DNA of 64,000 nucleotides from IMG/VR virus record IMGVR_UViG_3300049924_000176, positions 1,329 through 65,328 of that record, one strand, 5' to 3'. Shown here piece by piece: positions 47,651-58,842 of the stretch. Source of the DNA: a virus. Lineage: Duplodnaviria; Caudoviricetes. The notes under the pieces are model-generated. The model was not told the DNA's origin. It saw nothing but the letters and a program-made list of their open reading frames with translations, and did no database searches. Positions within the stretch are counted from its first letter, which is position 1, and every line of letters begins with the position of its first letter. The position numbers and the translations under genes are program-made.

Positions 47651-48477
47651 TGCGTGCTAAAGAAGTAGCAGCATTAACATTAATTACAACGCAACTTAAA
47701 CAGGCTATCAAGCCAGTTGTTCTTTGTTCATTTGGGAAAGACAGTCTTGTATTATTACATCTATGTTTGCGTGTACAAAAAGTTCCGGTTATATTTTTCC
47801 AGTTCTCTAAATTCCCTGAAAAGTATACACATGCCAATTCAGTTATTCAACAGTGGGATTTGGAAGTCTATGATTTTTGGCCTCAAACAGTGTTTGAGTA
47901 TCAAGCAGGGTCTTACTTTGAAATCTTCCATAGTTACTCAACAAATGGAGGCCTTATACATCTCGCGTCGGGTGTACGGAAACGAGTAGATAGCGAGCCC
48001 AGGTATCTTTGTGCGGTAGAAGATTTGTTATTGCGTCCTAGGGCCCAACAGCATGACTACCCTTGGGATGTCACGTTTCATGGTCATAAAGGTACAGATG
48101 ACCCTAGACTTGGTACTACGGGGGCTATTGTTAAACCTGTTAGTCAGCTAGGTAACACACGAATTATTGTCCCGTTCACTGATTGGACTGATGCAGACAT
48201 ATGGGAATATATTCATACCTATAACATACCCTATGATACAGCGAGGTATGACCGGCAGGCCGATGCAACAAACCCTGACACCTACCCAACATGTTTCAAG
48301 TGTATTGATACCGAATTAGAAGGGCAAACAATCATGTGCCCAAAATATAATAAACCTATTCAAAACATTGCGAAACCTGCTCATTATCATACTGCGTTAC
48401 GGGAATCACTCGTGGCATCATTTGATTATTGCACAGTAACGGGGCCACCTCGTAGTACCCCAGACAAGGAGTTATAA
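47647..48477 (+). CDS. PAPS-reductase-family / PP-loop adenine-nucleotide alpha-hydrolase protein
   Basis: CSFGKDSLVLLHL PP-loop; PFTDWTDADIWEYI...IPY. Confidence 0.8.
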   Translation: MMRAKEVAALTLITTQLKQAIKPVVLCSFGKDSLVLLHLCLRVQKVPVIFFQFSKFPEKYTHANSVIQQWDLEVYDFWPQTVFEYQAGSYFEIFHSYSTNGGLIHLASGVRKRVDSEPRYLCAVEDLLLRPRAQQHDYPWDVTFHGHKGTDDPRLGTTGAIVKPVSQLGNTRIIVPFTDWTDADIWEYIHTYNIPYDTARYDRQADATNPDTYPTCFKCIDTELEGQTIMCPKYNKPIQNIAKPAHYHTALRESLVASFDYCTVTGPPRSTPDKEL

Positions 48478-50171
48478 TGGGCCTCTCAGATATGCTGATC
48501 CCTGGCCAAGTGCAGATGGGTAGACCCAACCCCGATGAGACTACTTCAGAATCTACTGGGGTGGATACATCCCCCGAACGGATTGTGGCACCCTGGGATC
48601 TTAAAGACCCTTCGCAATTCACAACATTTGCCCCGGCAAAAGCCGCATCATTAATTGCGAAAAGCATTGGTGACACATTGTTTCCTCAACCAGAACGGGG
48701 TGCTCCGACGACTCACCCATTTGCAGGGTTGCATGAAGACCCTATAGAAGTTGCCGCATCCCATCAAATTGGCCCAGAATCTAAGCCACTCATTGCAGCA
48801 GTGGAAAACGGCTATGCCGACAAGAAATTCTTAAAGCCCATAGATTTGATTCGAGAGGGTATTAAGTTGGGTGATTCTGAGCAGGTGAAAAAGGGGCATA
48901 AAGCACTTGCTGACCTTCTGTTAGGTGACCCTTCATTTGGTGAGCGATACACTGATTTGTATTATAACCATGGGGCAAATATACAACGAGCCCACCAAAT
49001 GGCTGGTGATGTGGTCATGAATGAGATTAAGACCTTAACCGGCGCGGGTATGCCCACAGTAGAATCTGCGACTCAGTTAGGATTACTTGATCCTAGCCAG
49101 TTACTTCCTTCCCAACAACCACAGCCAATCTATGCAAATATGATTCCCCAGGAACCTTTTGCCATGGATAAGCAAGGAATGCCACTTGCATCTGTACAGA
49201 TGCAAGGTATACCTGCACAATCTGGACAAGTGCCTGCTAGTATGCAGCAACCTTCTAATGAATACCTTAATCCTCTCCAATTTGATGCCGCAACGGCACT
49301 ATTAAAGGCGCAGGGAAAAACACCTCCTCAAGTACCCGAAGGTATACAACTATTTGATAGGCATATGCAAGCTCTTACCAATGCCCATATAGCTAAGACA
49401 GGCCAACCCCCAGGCCCAGAAGACATTGCCCAGTACACAGCCGTTGCACGGGGGTTGACTGAGAAGGAGCCAGTAAAGGGTGGCTTACAGGAACGTAAGC
49501 TCACAACTGATATTACTAAGGCTGCGGCTGAAACTGAGCGTACACAAGAACAGACCACTACTGAGCGGTTAATTAGACCTGATCAGATTAATGAAGTGAA
49601 AGCCAAGACTACCAACCTACTCGCCTATGCGCACCAAGCAATGGCTAATGCCTCTGATGCGGTACGTAAGGGGGAGATGGCTGTTCATCATGCACAGTTG
49701 GAGCAAGCCCGTACTGCCATGACTGAGGTACGCAGTCAGATGCAAGCCCTTGCGTTGACAATGGCTGAGGGAGACCTGTCCAAAGCAGATAAGGTCAAGA
49801 TGCAACAGTTATTCTTAGACCTTACCGAGACAGGTGTGAAGTTGTCTAAGCGGAGTGGGTTCCTTGGGCTAGACTTCCTTGATTTAGGAAAGCCTAATGT
49901 TGGGATTGAACAGGTTGGACCCCCGGGGACACGCACAACACCTCCACCCGCTGTGCCTGCACCAGCTCCTTCAGGGGTTAATCCATTTACATTTGCACCG
50001 GCTGCCCCTGGGGGCGTACCATCAGCCGCGCAACCTCCAGTAGCACCACCAACACCTGGAAGCCTCCCCCCTGAAGTACAAACTGAATACTTACGCTTAC
50101 GCGCCCTAGGTGTCCCAAAAGACAAGGCTAAAAAACAAGCACTAGAGAAAGCTGAAAAGAAAGCCCAATAA
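48477..50171 (+). CDS. Internal virion / ejection protein
   Basis: 564 aa, helical, Pro-rich linkers; end of the late operon. Confidence 0.6.
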   Translation: MGLSDMLIPGQVQMGRPNPDETTSESTGVDTSPERIVAPWDLKDPSQFTTFAPAKAASLIAKSIGDTLFPQPERGAPTTHPFAGLHEDPIEVAASHQIGPESKPLIAAVENGYADKKFLKPIDLIREGIKLGDSEQVKKGHKALADLLLGDPSFGERYTDLYYNHGANIQRAHQMAGDVVMNEIKTLTGAGMPTVESATQLGLLDPSQLLPSQQPQPIYANMIPQEPFAMDKQGMPLASVQMQGIPAQSGQVPASMQQPSNEYLNPLQFDAATALLKAQGKTPPQVPEGIQLFDRHMQALTNAHIAKTGQPPGPEDIAQYTAVARGLTEKEPVKGGLQERKLTTDITKAAAETERTQEQTTTERLIRPDQINEVKAKTTNLLAYAHQAMANASDAVRKGEMAVHHAQLEQARTAMTEVRSQMQALALTMAEGDLSKADKVKMQQLFLDLTETGVKLSKRSGFLGLDFLDLGKPNVGIEQVGPPGTRTTPPPAVPAPAPSGVNPFTFAPAAPGGVPSAAQPPVAPPTPGSLPPEVQTEYLRLRALGVPKDKAKKQALEKAEKKAQ

Positions 50172-53100
50172 ATGGATGCTTTTGATGCCCTAGAACAACA
50201 GCATAATGAGCGTGAAACCCAGCAGTACTTGACTGATGTCGTCGAAAAGAATCTTGCTCGACGGCAGGGTAAGCAAACTGTGATACGCCCTGATCCCAAC
50301 CAGCCTGCATTCTCCCAACAAGCTGATGACCTTCGGCAGGTTAAAGCTTTGCAGAAAAGTGATGCGGCTCAGGCTGATGGCCAAGACCCCTTTGACACTC
50401 TAGAAGCTATCCACCAAGCCGCTACACCTCCAGCTAACGACAAAGCTATCGTAAGTGAGGGTACAAAGACCAGCCCTTACCCCAAAGGTATTACACCTGT
50501 CTTATCTCCTGTAGCCTCTGCTCTAGGTAAGATTGTTGAGCAAATACCAGGGGCAGATAAGGCATTGGATTACTTGGCGATGCCTCGTGAGTACTTGCAA
50601 GGGGCTCTCAGTGGTAAACCTGGTGAGCGGGTAGATCCCTATACATTTATGGGGGCTGGTCCTGGTACTGAGATGAGCCCGCTAGAATGGACTGCTAGGG
50701 GTGCAGTAGGTACGCTGTTAGACCCATTACTTGTATTGGGACCATTAGCCGCTGGTCTCGCTCGTAGTACGCGTACTGCGCCTAAGCCCCCCATCATCCC
50801 TGCGGTACCTACCATAGCGAGTGATGTAGATATGTCAGTGGCTAGCTCACCTAAAGTGGTGAGTGGCACCCCAGACTATACCCCACCTGGGCCTAGGGTG
50901 GAGGAGACTGGTAAGACACTCGTAGTGCCCTCATTGGAAATTGGTAGTAAGACTGGTGGACAAGGGGGGTTGCCTGGGTTAGGTATAGGTGAGTATGGTT
51001 CAGGTGAATCGTTTACCATACCTCCCGAACCTGGCCAAATTGGTTGGGGCCGCACTACATCACGAGACTTATTCCCTAAACCAGAACCATTCAAACCATT
51101 TGACCCTGGTGAGCAAACATTACTCGTTCCCGAACCAGCTTCCCCTACAAAACGTATTCTCCAACCTGGTGAGCAATTAGGGGCCGATGAGGTACCACTA
51201 CGCCCACAAGTCATTCGTAAGCCAGGGTTCCCCACTGCTGAACCTCTACCCGTTAACCCCGAGTCCGGTATCGCCAACACCGAATACCCCGGGCTCACCC
51301 CATCCGTCAAGGAAGGTGAGATTAAGCCATTCACACGGGAGTTTCTAGAGAAGACTCTGGCTGACAAGGCCAAGATAAGGGATCTCGATAATCCAGTCAA
51401 AGATTACCGTGTCGATCTACAAATCTCACCTAGAGGGTCAGCTTCTGTTAAGGCTGCTGAGGAGGATGCAGGGGTGCGGTATAGCCATATCCCTCATGCC
51501 CCGAGTGATATACCTCTGGTGTTTCCTGGGTGGCCATCACGACTCACCCAATCCACCCTTGAAGTATTGGGGGGTGTGGGCCCGGCTGGAAAGAACATAG
51601 CCAATTCTATTGATGATGTCTTGTCTAATAGGGCTGTACTGACCAGTAGTGATACCATCGCTACCACACAGCAACTACGCCAAATAGCCGGTGTGCGTGG
51701 GCTACCCTCGCGTATTATTGAGGGTTTCCGTGAATTGACTCATGGTGAGAATGCCTTCATCTGGGGGTCACATCGCTACTTCAATTTGAGTGAAGCTGAG
51801 ATAGAGCAGGCCTTCAATTATATGTACACTGAAGGCCGCATGGTGCCCAAGTCTACCAAGGCAAAGGCATGGGCTGACCAGCTCTACGCAGGTATGCTAC
51901 GGGGGCCTAGCCAAGCCGCCCATGATGTAGGCCTAGATCTCTACAACCCCCTCACTGGCAAGCATGAAGCCTATGGTGCTCCTGGTATGCACATGCCCCA
52001 GATCCCTGTGAAGGCTACCTCGCTGAAAGGGATCAGCGATACCCACCTTGAACTGCTGTACAACAAGCAGGGTGGTGCCACGGGTACCGGTAAGTCATTC
52101 CCTATGTGGAAAGCCCAACTCAACCGTATCATGTCTCAGGGTGGGGAACTACGTGAGGTGAAGGCGGCTGAATCAGGTCTGGCTGAGGCAGGGGCACGGT
52201 TTGACATGGCCAGCAAGCGGTATAAGGGGTTGGAAGTTACACGGTTGTTGGACCTTGAGGCCTTGGGTGGTTCCCCATACAAATGGGCACAGAAGTTCGG
52301 GTATGAAACAGACCCCTTCAGGGCAGCTTTTAGAGCCAACTCCAATGGTTATTTGCGTACTGAGTGGGCTAGGGTTATGCCTGAAATTGAGAAGAACATG
52401 GGCCATATCGCTGAGCATGGTGGAACTGACCTCACCCAATGGGCAACGAAGGCCGTTCAACGTGCTCAAGGCCTCAACACTGGGTTGGATGAAACTAATA
52501 TTATGCGCAACCTAGTCAAAGGTGTACGTGACTTTAACAACGTCACGATGCTTCAGCTAGGTGGATTAGGGTCAACACCTCAGTTAGGGTATGCACTAGG
52601 GCGAGCACCTATTGGTAAAGCTATGTTAGGTGCTGTAGATTTTGTAGTGGGGAAGAACCGTGAAGTGGTTGAAAAGAGCGGTGCTATCCTACCTTCAGTC
52701 ATGAATAATATGATCCAACCTGAAGGAGCCCTTGCTACCGTATCTACTGGAGCCTTGCGGTCATATGGTATATCTTCACTTGATAAATGGTCTCGCTACT
52801 TTGGTGGGCATGTGGGGGTGCGGTATGCAGACTTCCTAGAGAAGGCTTTACTCAAACAGCCCCAAAATAAGCGCCTTCACCTATTAATTGAGGAGATCGG
52901 GGGTAACGCCAATGCCATTATCAAGGAAGGCAAGATACCTGAGGCTATGCGATTGGCGATGGTCCAGAAGTATGCCAACTATGTAGCAGGTGTTGCTGAC
53001 ACAAGGGGGCTACCGCTTATCGCTACGAGTGAAACAGCCTACGCACGACTGGCTAACCAGTATCGCAGCTTTATGTTTAGTAACCAAGCAGAGTTAGTGC

Positions 53101-53624
53101 GGCTGTGGAAGAATGCCCCCACGACCCACGATGCCATTAACCGAATCACAAAGGTTCTTCTAGGCACCAGTGCAACTGCTGCTACGACAGGAGCGATAGC
53201 GGAATATATCCGCAATGCCTTCACAGACAACGAAGGTAATCCTTTTGTGAATAAGAAGCTCAAAAAGCTGGTGGGTGATGACGGGGCGGCCTTTGCGATT
53301 CAAACGATGACCTATGGTTTGGGTGCCCTGTTCGGTTCACTCGTACTGACTGCCCTCGACAACGAATGGAAGGCCGCAGCTCAGTTAGTGGGTGGGCCAA
53401 CGGCGGGGTTGGTGGTTGGAGTGGTGCAGGATGTTATGGACTCGGTTATCAATGGCCCAAACTGGAAGTCACTGCGTACTGCCTCACGGCGAGTACCGGT
53501 GCTAGGCCCGGTACTCGCTCCTATCGTACACGAGAATATGGTAGAAGACCAACGTATGGAACGAAAGCGAGAACAATTACGTAGGTCGTTGATGCCCCCT
53601 AGCGGGTTTGAGAATCAGCCTTAG
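50172..53624 (+). CDS. Large internal virion / ejection protein
   Basis: 1150 aa, last plus-strand gene, Pro-rich N-half and helical C-half. Confidence 0.65.
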   Translation: MDAFDALEQQHNERETQQYLTDVVEKNLARRQGKQTVIRPDPNQPAFSQQADDLRQVKALQKSDAAQADGQDPFDTLEAIHQAATPPANDKAIVSEGTKTSPYPKGITPVLSPVASALGKIVEQIPGADKALDYLAMPREYLQGALSGKPGERVDPYTFMGAGPGTEMSPLEWTARGAVGTLLDPLLVLGPLAAGLARSTRTAPKPPIIPAVPTIASDVDMSVASSPKVVSGTPDYTPPGPRVEETGKTLVVPSLEIGSKTGGQGGLPGLGIGEYGSGESFTIPPEPGQIGWGRTTSRDLFPKPEPFKPFDPGEQTLLVPEPASPTKRILQPGEQLGADEVPLRPQVIRKPGFPTAEPLPVNPESGIANTEYPGLTPSVKEGEIKPFTREFLEKTLADKAKIRDLDNPVKDYRVDLQISPRGSASVKAAEEDAGVRYSHIPHAPSDIPLVFPGWPSRLTQSTLEVLGGVGPAGKNIANSIDDVLSNRAVLTSSDTIATTQQLRQIAGVRGLPSRIIEGFRELTHGENAFIWGSHRYFNLSEAEIEQAFNYMYTEGRMVPKSTKAKAWADQLYAGMLRGPSQAAHDVGLDLYNPLTGKHEAYGAPGMHMPQIPVKATSLKGISDTHLELLYNKQGGATGTGKSFPMWKAQLNRIMSQGGELREVKAAESGLAEAGARFDMASKRYKGLEVTRLLDLEALGGSPYKWAQKFGYETDPFRAAFRANSNGYLRTEWARVMPEIEKNMGHIAEHGGTDLTQWATKAVQRAQGLNTGLDETNIMRNLVKGVRDFNNVTMLQLGGLGSTPQLGYALGRAPIGKAMLGAVDFVVGKNREVVEKSGAILPSVMNNMIQPEGALATVSTGALRSYGISSLDKWSRYFGGHVGVRYADFLEKALLKQPQNKRLHLLIEEIGGNANAIIKEGKIPEAMRLAMVQKYANYVAGVADTRGLPLIATSETAYARLANQYRSFMFSNQAELVRLWKNAPTTHDAINRITKVLLGTSATAATTGAIAEYIRNAFTDNEGNPFVNKKLKKLVGDDGAAFAIQTMTYGLGALFGSLVLTALDNEWKAAAQLVGGPTAGLVVGVVQDVMDSVINGPNWKSLRTASRRVPVLGPVLAPIVHENMVEDQRMERKREQLRRSLMPPSGFENQP

Positions 53625-54321
53625 TAGGCTCTATATGAATACCAACAACTTGGCTCGGTCTATTCCAAAAACTTGTAAATGGGTCATAAACAGGGGATTT
53701 GACAAGAATTCTAGGCTGTCCATCACTGGTTAGTTGTACTTGGTATCCTTCAGGTATAGCTAATATATACCCAATAGTGTCGCCTATTGTGTATTCTGCC
53801 ACTGCATTGATAGAGCTTGGTAGGTGTAGCATATTATATTCCTTGACTAGCTATTAATAGAAATTCCATATAACTATTACCACAGCTAACAATATAATTG
53901 TTATTACCAATGGTAGCACACTGGGAGGTTCGACTGGCATCTACGACTCCTTCTTTATATTAACGATATTGTCACTCACTACAATGGCACTGTACGTACA
54001 TCCCACATAGGCCTTCCACTCCTTACGTATATGGAGCTTCACCAAGAGCCAATGCCATAGTTGGGCCATAGTCACTCCTTATCAATAACCCAGTGGACTG
54101 TAATATAATCTGCAAGTAATTTGGCTGGTTCAAGGAATGTAGTGGGGAATCTCTTTGCAACTACCCCCCTTTGAATCTTAATTGCATCAGCCTTTGTAAC
54201 ACAAATAGTACGATTACAAGTGACTTCATTGCCATGTTCATCTAACCCTGGGCATGGTTCATCATGGTAAAGCATTTGCTCATCATCGCTGTACTTACTC
54301 ATTGTACTCCTCTGGAGGTTC

Positions 54322-54711
54322 TCATCTATCCCACCCCTCCCGCTCACCCATAAAGTATACAAAATTAGCTGGAATTGCTCCATCACTAAACTGTAAACTC
54401 TGTGTTTGCCCCACAGGATTAGTAACAGACCATTGCTCAGCCGACTGAACAATAAGAATGGGACTCTTCTTACCCCTCCCCCGTCTGACCTTCACCGCTA
54501 CCAACCCTTGTTTACCTTTCTTGGCACCGATCGCTTCGATTTCCTCCACCAATTGCGTAAGCTGTTCCAAACTAAGCGACTTACGTTCTTTACATTGCAC
54601 CACATGAGTATCACTTTCCACATCCACCCTACCTCCTTGATTGGCAGGGTAGCGCTTACCCCCTATCAACTTACCCACATCTCGTTCCATTTGTTTCCAG
54701 CTAGTCATCAT
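54322..54711 (-). CDS. Holliday junction resolvase-like PD-(D/E)xK nuclease
   Basis: WKQMERDV...DVES...VVQCKERK. Confidence 0.7.
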   Translation of the reverse strand: MMTSWKQMERDVGKLIGGKRYPANQGGRVDVESDTHVVQCKERKSLSLEQLTQLVEEIEAIGAKKGKQGLVAVKVRRGRGKKSPILIVQSAEQWSVTNPVGQTQSLQFSDGAIPANFVYFMGEREGWDR

Positions 54712-55090
54712 ACACCTCAATAGTTTCTAGCGTCCCACCCCGCTTCTCACATAACCAGTCGGCAAACGAGACAAACACAAAACATATGTCAGGGTCATGG
54801 TATTCCATACGAATATTATTCCATAACGTATAGGCAATATATTCCTCAGGCACATTGACACTCACCTTCAGCCGTACAAACTGGTATGCGCCTAGCCCTT
54901 TTGTAAAAGGGGCTACATGTACAGCTATTAACTTTGTGTCTTCAGTCATCGAAACGCCTCCACAAAAAGTATATAAACCACAGCATAATCACTGGTATAC
55001 CTAGTAGACTATAGGGAAGGGCATAGTAGGCCAACCCTAATAGGGGTGTACTAATAACGGCAATACACGCTATCCCTAAGTTACGGCTAC

Positions 55091-55399
55091 TCACTTCTTT
55101 TCACCAGCAATCTTCTTTAGTAGTCTTACTGCTTTATTGTAGAGGGCTGCGTCTATAGGTTGTTGTCTTTCTACAATCTCACAGAATCTGTGTAGGGTAC
55201 TAAACAAGCCCTGTGCCTGGCATATCAATCTAATATTAGCCTCTATCTCAGCTCTACCTTCTTTTGTAACATCATCATGTGGAACGATGCAAATTGGTTC
55301 AGCTAAAGGGGAAGAAAGACAATAAATCACTGTTTCTTTATGACAACAACCGCCTGGGTCTGTATCAATTACCCACTTACCTTTACTAAATGGTGTCAT
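55091..55399 (-). CDS. TPGPW-family-like hypothetical protein
   Basis: TPFSKGKW...EANIRLICQA; resembles 15067-15357. Confidence 0.55.
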   Translation of the reverse strand: MTPFSKGKWVIDTDPGGCCHKETVIYCLSSPLAEPICIVPHDDVTKEGRAEIEANIRLICQAQGLFSTLHRFCEIVERQQPIDAALYNKAVRLLKKIAGEKK

Positions 55400-55624
55400 A
55401 TAACCTTACCTTTCTTCTTAGCCCCAAACCCCCGGCGTGACTTTACCCCTGATGCAATACGCCACTTGAAGCGGGCTAGGGGCACTTCGTAGCTCATCCC
55501 ACCCCATGCGTCTTCCCGTATAGGCAACACCCCTGCTCGTTTGAGCCTACCTTGATCTCGCCTCACTGCGGTAAATAACCGTACCTTCCGCTCGTCTAGG
55601 TCATAGGTAATGGTAGTTTCCTGC

Positions 55625-55858
55625 TCACACTTTTCCATATAGCCCCCAGCGTGTTCGTTGCGCAGCCTTTGCTTCCAATATATGTGGCACTGACTCGTGC
55701 TCAGGGTAATCGTGGAGTATCACATCCACACATTTGTCACAGAGATTGTCATAGTTAAACCTCCCCTCGCCTGTGAATATCCAACACCGAGGACATTTCA
55801 TGCCATCAGCTTTACTGATCGCTATGTGTATACCTTTTAGCTTTTTGGTAGGTGGCAT
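55625..55858 (-). CDS. Stand-alone FPG/IleRS-type zinc finger protein
   Basis: AISKADGMKCPRCW...LCDKCVDVI closely matches the C-terminal Zn domain of bacterial IleRS. Confidence 0.8.
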   Translation of the reverse strand: MPPTKKLKGIHIAISKADGMKCPRCWIFTGEGRFNYDNLCDKCVDVILHDYPEHESVPHILEAKAAQRTRWGLYGKV

Positions 55859-56076
55859 CTATAAGCCCATTCTTGGGGGTAAATAGGGTATATCTAGCCT
55901 AATTGCATCATCTTGAGGTACTGACAATAGCTCACACCGACTATCAACAAACCCCCGCCTAGTGAGGTACTCCTGCTCCCAATAGCATTCTTCCCTTGTA
56001 TAAGGGCCTAGTACCATCGCATGTTCTTGCCAAGGTACGAGGAGTAGTAGGAAGTACGCTATTAACATGAGGACCT

Positions 56077-56424
56077 TCAGGGGTTACTCTCCCGTTCATC
56101 TCGTGGCGGCACACAACACCCATCACATCCATGCATAGATTCCCATTTACGTAGATGTTCAGCCAGATTATCTATGTGATCTGGGTCAGGATGCCCTATG
56201 CCATGTGGGCACAACCGCTCTAGCAAGTATCTATCTTCTCTCCAATGGGTCAACCACTTTGTCATATGATGGTTACTGGGGTTATGTATGGGGCACGCAG
56301 TAGAGTGCTTACAGTGATCTGGCTCATGCACCCATATAGTTTGCCCCGTACCTGTCTTATATTGTTCCATACTACTTCCGCTCAACGTAAATTTTAATAC
56401 CGATACTCGCCTTATCGAACTCAT
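56077..56424 (-). CDS. Conserved Cys/His-rich phage protein
   Basis: CPIHNPSNHHM...WREDR..LERLCPHGIGHPDPD. Confidence 0.7.
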   Translation of the reverse strand: MSSIRRVSVLKFTLSGSSMEQYKTGTGQTIWVHEPDHCKHSTACPIHNPSNHHMTKWLTHWREDRYLLERLCPHGIGHPDPDHIDNLAEHLRKWESMHGCDGCCVPPRDERESNP

Positions 56425-56535
56425 CCTTTTCTTTTGTTACAATGTTGTGCTTTGCTATGCATAAAGAGTCATCTAGATATATATACCACCCATACAATCC
56501 CGGCTCAGTAATCGTCTCACCAATTGTTATTTGGC

Positions 56536-58311
56536 TCATTTGATATCACATACTCCTTTCACACAGTCTTCAAATGGTGCCCCTTCAACTGTTGACCCCT
56601 GTTGGTTGAATGCGGTCTTCGCTTCCTCTAAACTTAAAGCAACCAGTGGAGGGGGTTCCACCACACCTTCGTTATTAACATACCCTCGTGTATTCTCTCG
56701 GTAGAAGGTTGTGCCTTTTAGTGACGGTAGGTACTCCAACCATGCTGCTTCCACTTCCTCAATTGGTGTATTCTCAGAGATATTAATAGTTTTAGATACC
56801 GCATTATCAATATGATGTTGGGCAACTCGTTGTACCTCCAGATGGTCTCGTACACTCAACTCCCGTGCACTGACAAAGTGTGAGACATCTTTTCCTTCAC
56901 GCATGAACTGAGCAAATAGGGGGTGGAATACTAGTTGGGATTTACGTTCTTCGCCTACCCAATACCGCCTCGTATAAGCAGGGGCAAACATAGGTTCAAT
57001 ACCTGCACTACAGTTACCACTTAATATACTCACTGTACCAGTTGGGGCTTGTGTGAGGATGGCGCAGTTGCGGACACCATGCTCACTCGCTAATGACTTA
57101 ATCTTTGCTGGCATGCGTTTCATAAAGCCAGACTGTATATGTTGCGTGGGGTTGCATAGTGGGAATGGACCTTTTTCTACTGCCAGTAGTATACTAGCTT
57201 CGTAAGCGACTTTAGAAATAAACCTGAATAACTTGTCCACACACTTATTACCTTCCTCACTACCATAGCGATACCCAAGTAACGCTAGTGTGTCAGCCAA
57301 TGCAGTAGTCCCCAAACCAATACGGCGAAGACTATGAGACTTGGCAGCCATAGCAGGTAAGGGAAAGTGATTAACAGTAAGGACATTATCAAGGAAACGT
57401 ACACCCATTCTAATCGTGTTAGCCAAGTCAGCATAATCTATATCCCCAGCCTTTACAAACCGAGAGAGTACCAGGTGCCCAAGACAGCATGGTTCCATTG
57501 CTGCAAGGGCCAACTCTCCACAGGGGTTCGTCGTGACGAGCGCCTCAATGTAGTGAATATTACTTTCTGCCTCCACAAGCTCCCAGTTAAGAAATCCAGG
57601 TTCGGCAGAGTTATAAGCATTGGCGACGATGGTAGACCAGAGCGTTCGCGCTTTAATAGTACGACGATATTGCCCTTTCCACTGTAGTTCAATCTCACCA
57701 TCTTGTTTAATCGCCTTTATAAAGGCCCCGGTATGTTTACTGCGCACTGACACATTGGCATGGGTAAGTTCACCTTTGACTAACTTGGCACTAAGAAATT
57801 CCTCAATGTCTGGATGGTCCAAGTCCAAGCTAAACATAAGAGCAACCCGACGCTGGCCACCATTACGTACAGGTTTAGCACAAGCATCAATAAGACGCAT
57901 AAGCTCAACAGCGCCTGGGGCAACCCCTCGTTGTCCGGCGATACTAGCCCCCCTAGGGCGCACAGCACTGAAGTCATCGCCACATCCCCCACCTCGCATA
58001 GACGTAACAATCATGTTGTAGGCACTCTGCCCCCAGCCTTCACTAGAATCCTTATCGGGGTCCAACACAAAACAGTTGAGCATACTGGCATTCACTCGCC
58101 CTGCATTCGCCCATATCCTCCCGCCAGGGGCAAAGAGATTATCTTGGAGGGCGGCTGTAAACTTATCCCGCCACATAGATTGCTTTGCTGGGGCTTCTGC
58201 ACTAGCGACTTGTTGTGCCACACGTTGGCACGCCTCTGCCCAGGTTTCCTGTTCAGTAAAGGCGTACCGGGCTTTGAATATATCTAGCGAAAACCCTGTG
58301 GGTTCGTACAT
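56536..58311 (-). CDS. nrdJ: Ribonucleotide reductase, class II (B12-dependent)
   Basis: PGGRI, NCFV, GGGCG, AEPG, TNPCGE, CCLG, RRIGLG, APTGTVS; no beta subunit in the window. Confidence 0.88.
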   Translation of the reverse strand: MYEPTGFSLDIFKARYAFTEQETWAEACQRVAQQVASAEAPAKQSMWRDKFTAALQDNLFAPGGRIWANAGRVNASMLNCFVLDPDKDSSEGWGQSAYNMIVTSMRGGGCGDDFSAVRPRGASIAGQRGVAPGAVELMRLIDACAKPVRNGGQRRVALMFSLDLDHPDIEEFLSAKLVKGELTHANVSVRSKHTGAFIKAIKQDGEIELQWKGQYRRTIKARTLWSTIVANAYNSAEPGFLNWELVEAESNIHYIEALVTTNPCGELALAAMEPCCLGHLVLSRFVKAGDIDYADLANTIRMGVRFLDNVLTVNHFPLPAMAAKSHSLRRIGLGTTALADTLALLGYRYGSEEGNKCVDKLFRFISKVAYEASILLAVEKGPFPLCNPTQHIQSGFMKRMPAKIKSLASEHGVRNCAILTQAPTGTVSILSGNCSAGIEPMFAPAYTRRYWVGEERKSQLVFHPLFAQFMREGKDVSHFVSARELSVRDHLEVQRVAQHHIDNAVSKTINISENTPIEEVEAAWLEYLPSLKGTTFYRENTRGYVNNEGVVEPPPLVALSLEEAKTAFNQQGSTVEGAPFEDCVKGVCDIK

Positions 58312-58842
58312 CTCACCTCCAGTTATTTCCTTGCGTTGTCAGCCAACCCACCAAAGTAGTCTTGTTCTGCGCGGAGAACATCCTTATTCGCCAACCGCTC
58401 TATTTCATTATAGAGTGTGCGTAGCTGTGGTTCTGTGCTAGCTGTTTCTACTAATGCCAAGAACCCATCCAGCCATTCACCTGGCACCTCAAAACCTGCT
58501 TTAGCCAGGTACCTATCTAAACAACTTACCATCCCCTGATGGGCAATCTCAGTATACTTCTCTGGATTATTAGACCAAAATGACATTTAATTTCCTTTCT
58601 CGTCTACGTTGTTCAGTTCGTATACGATGGCAATTTGCACACACTATATCACACTTAACTATCTCTTCCAGTAAGTGCTCTTTACTCTCATTGAATATTA
58701 TTTTTGGACTGATTGTGCCAGTCGTTCCACCCATGCCACAACCCCCTCCAGTTCAGCGTATGTTTCATTGATTTCCTTTTTAGTGATACATCTATCTACC
58801 ATTATATAACCAGCCCGCCAAATAAAATCTATTACTTCTTCC

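Noticed and set aside
18615-53624. Alternative genetic code or stop-codon recoding
   Set aside because: Long genes are intact in code 11 with tight coupling; no suppressor tRNA.
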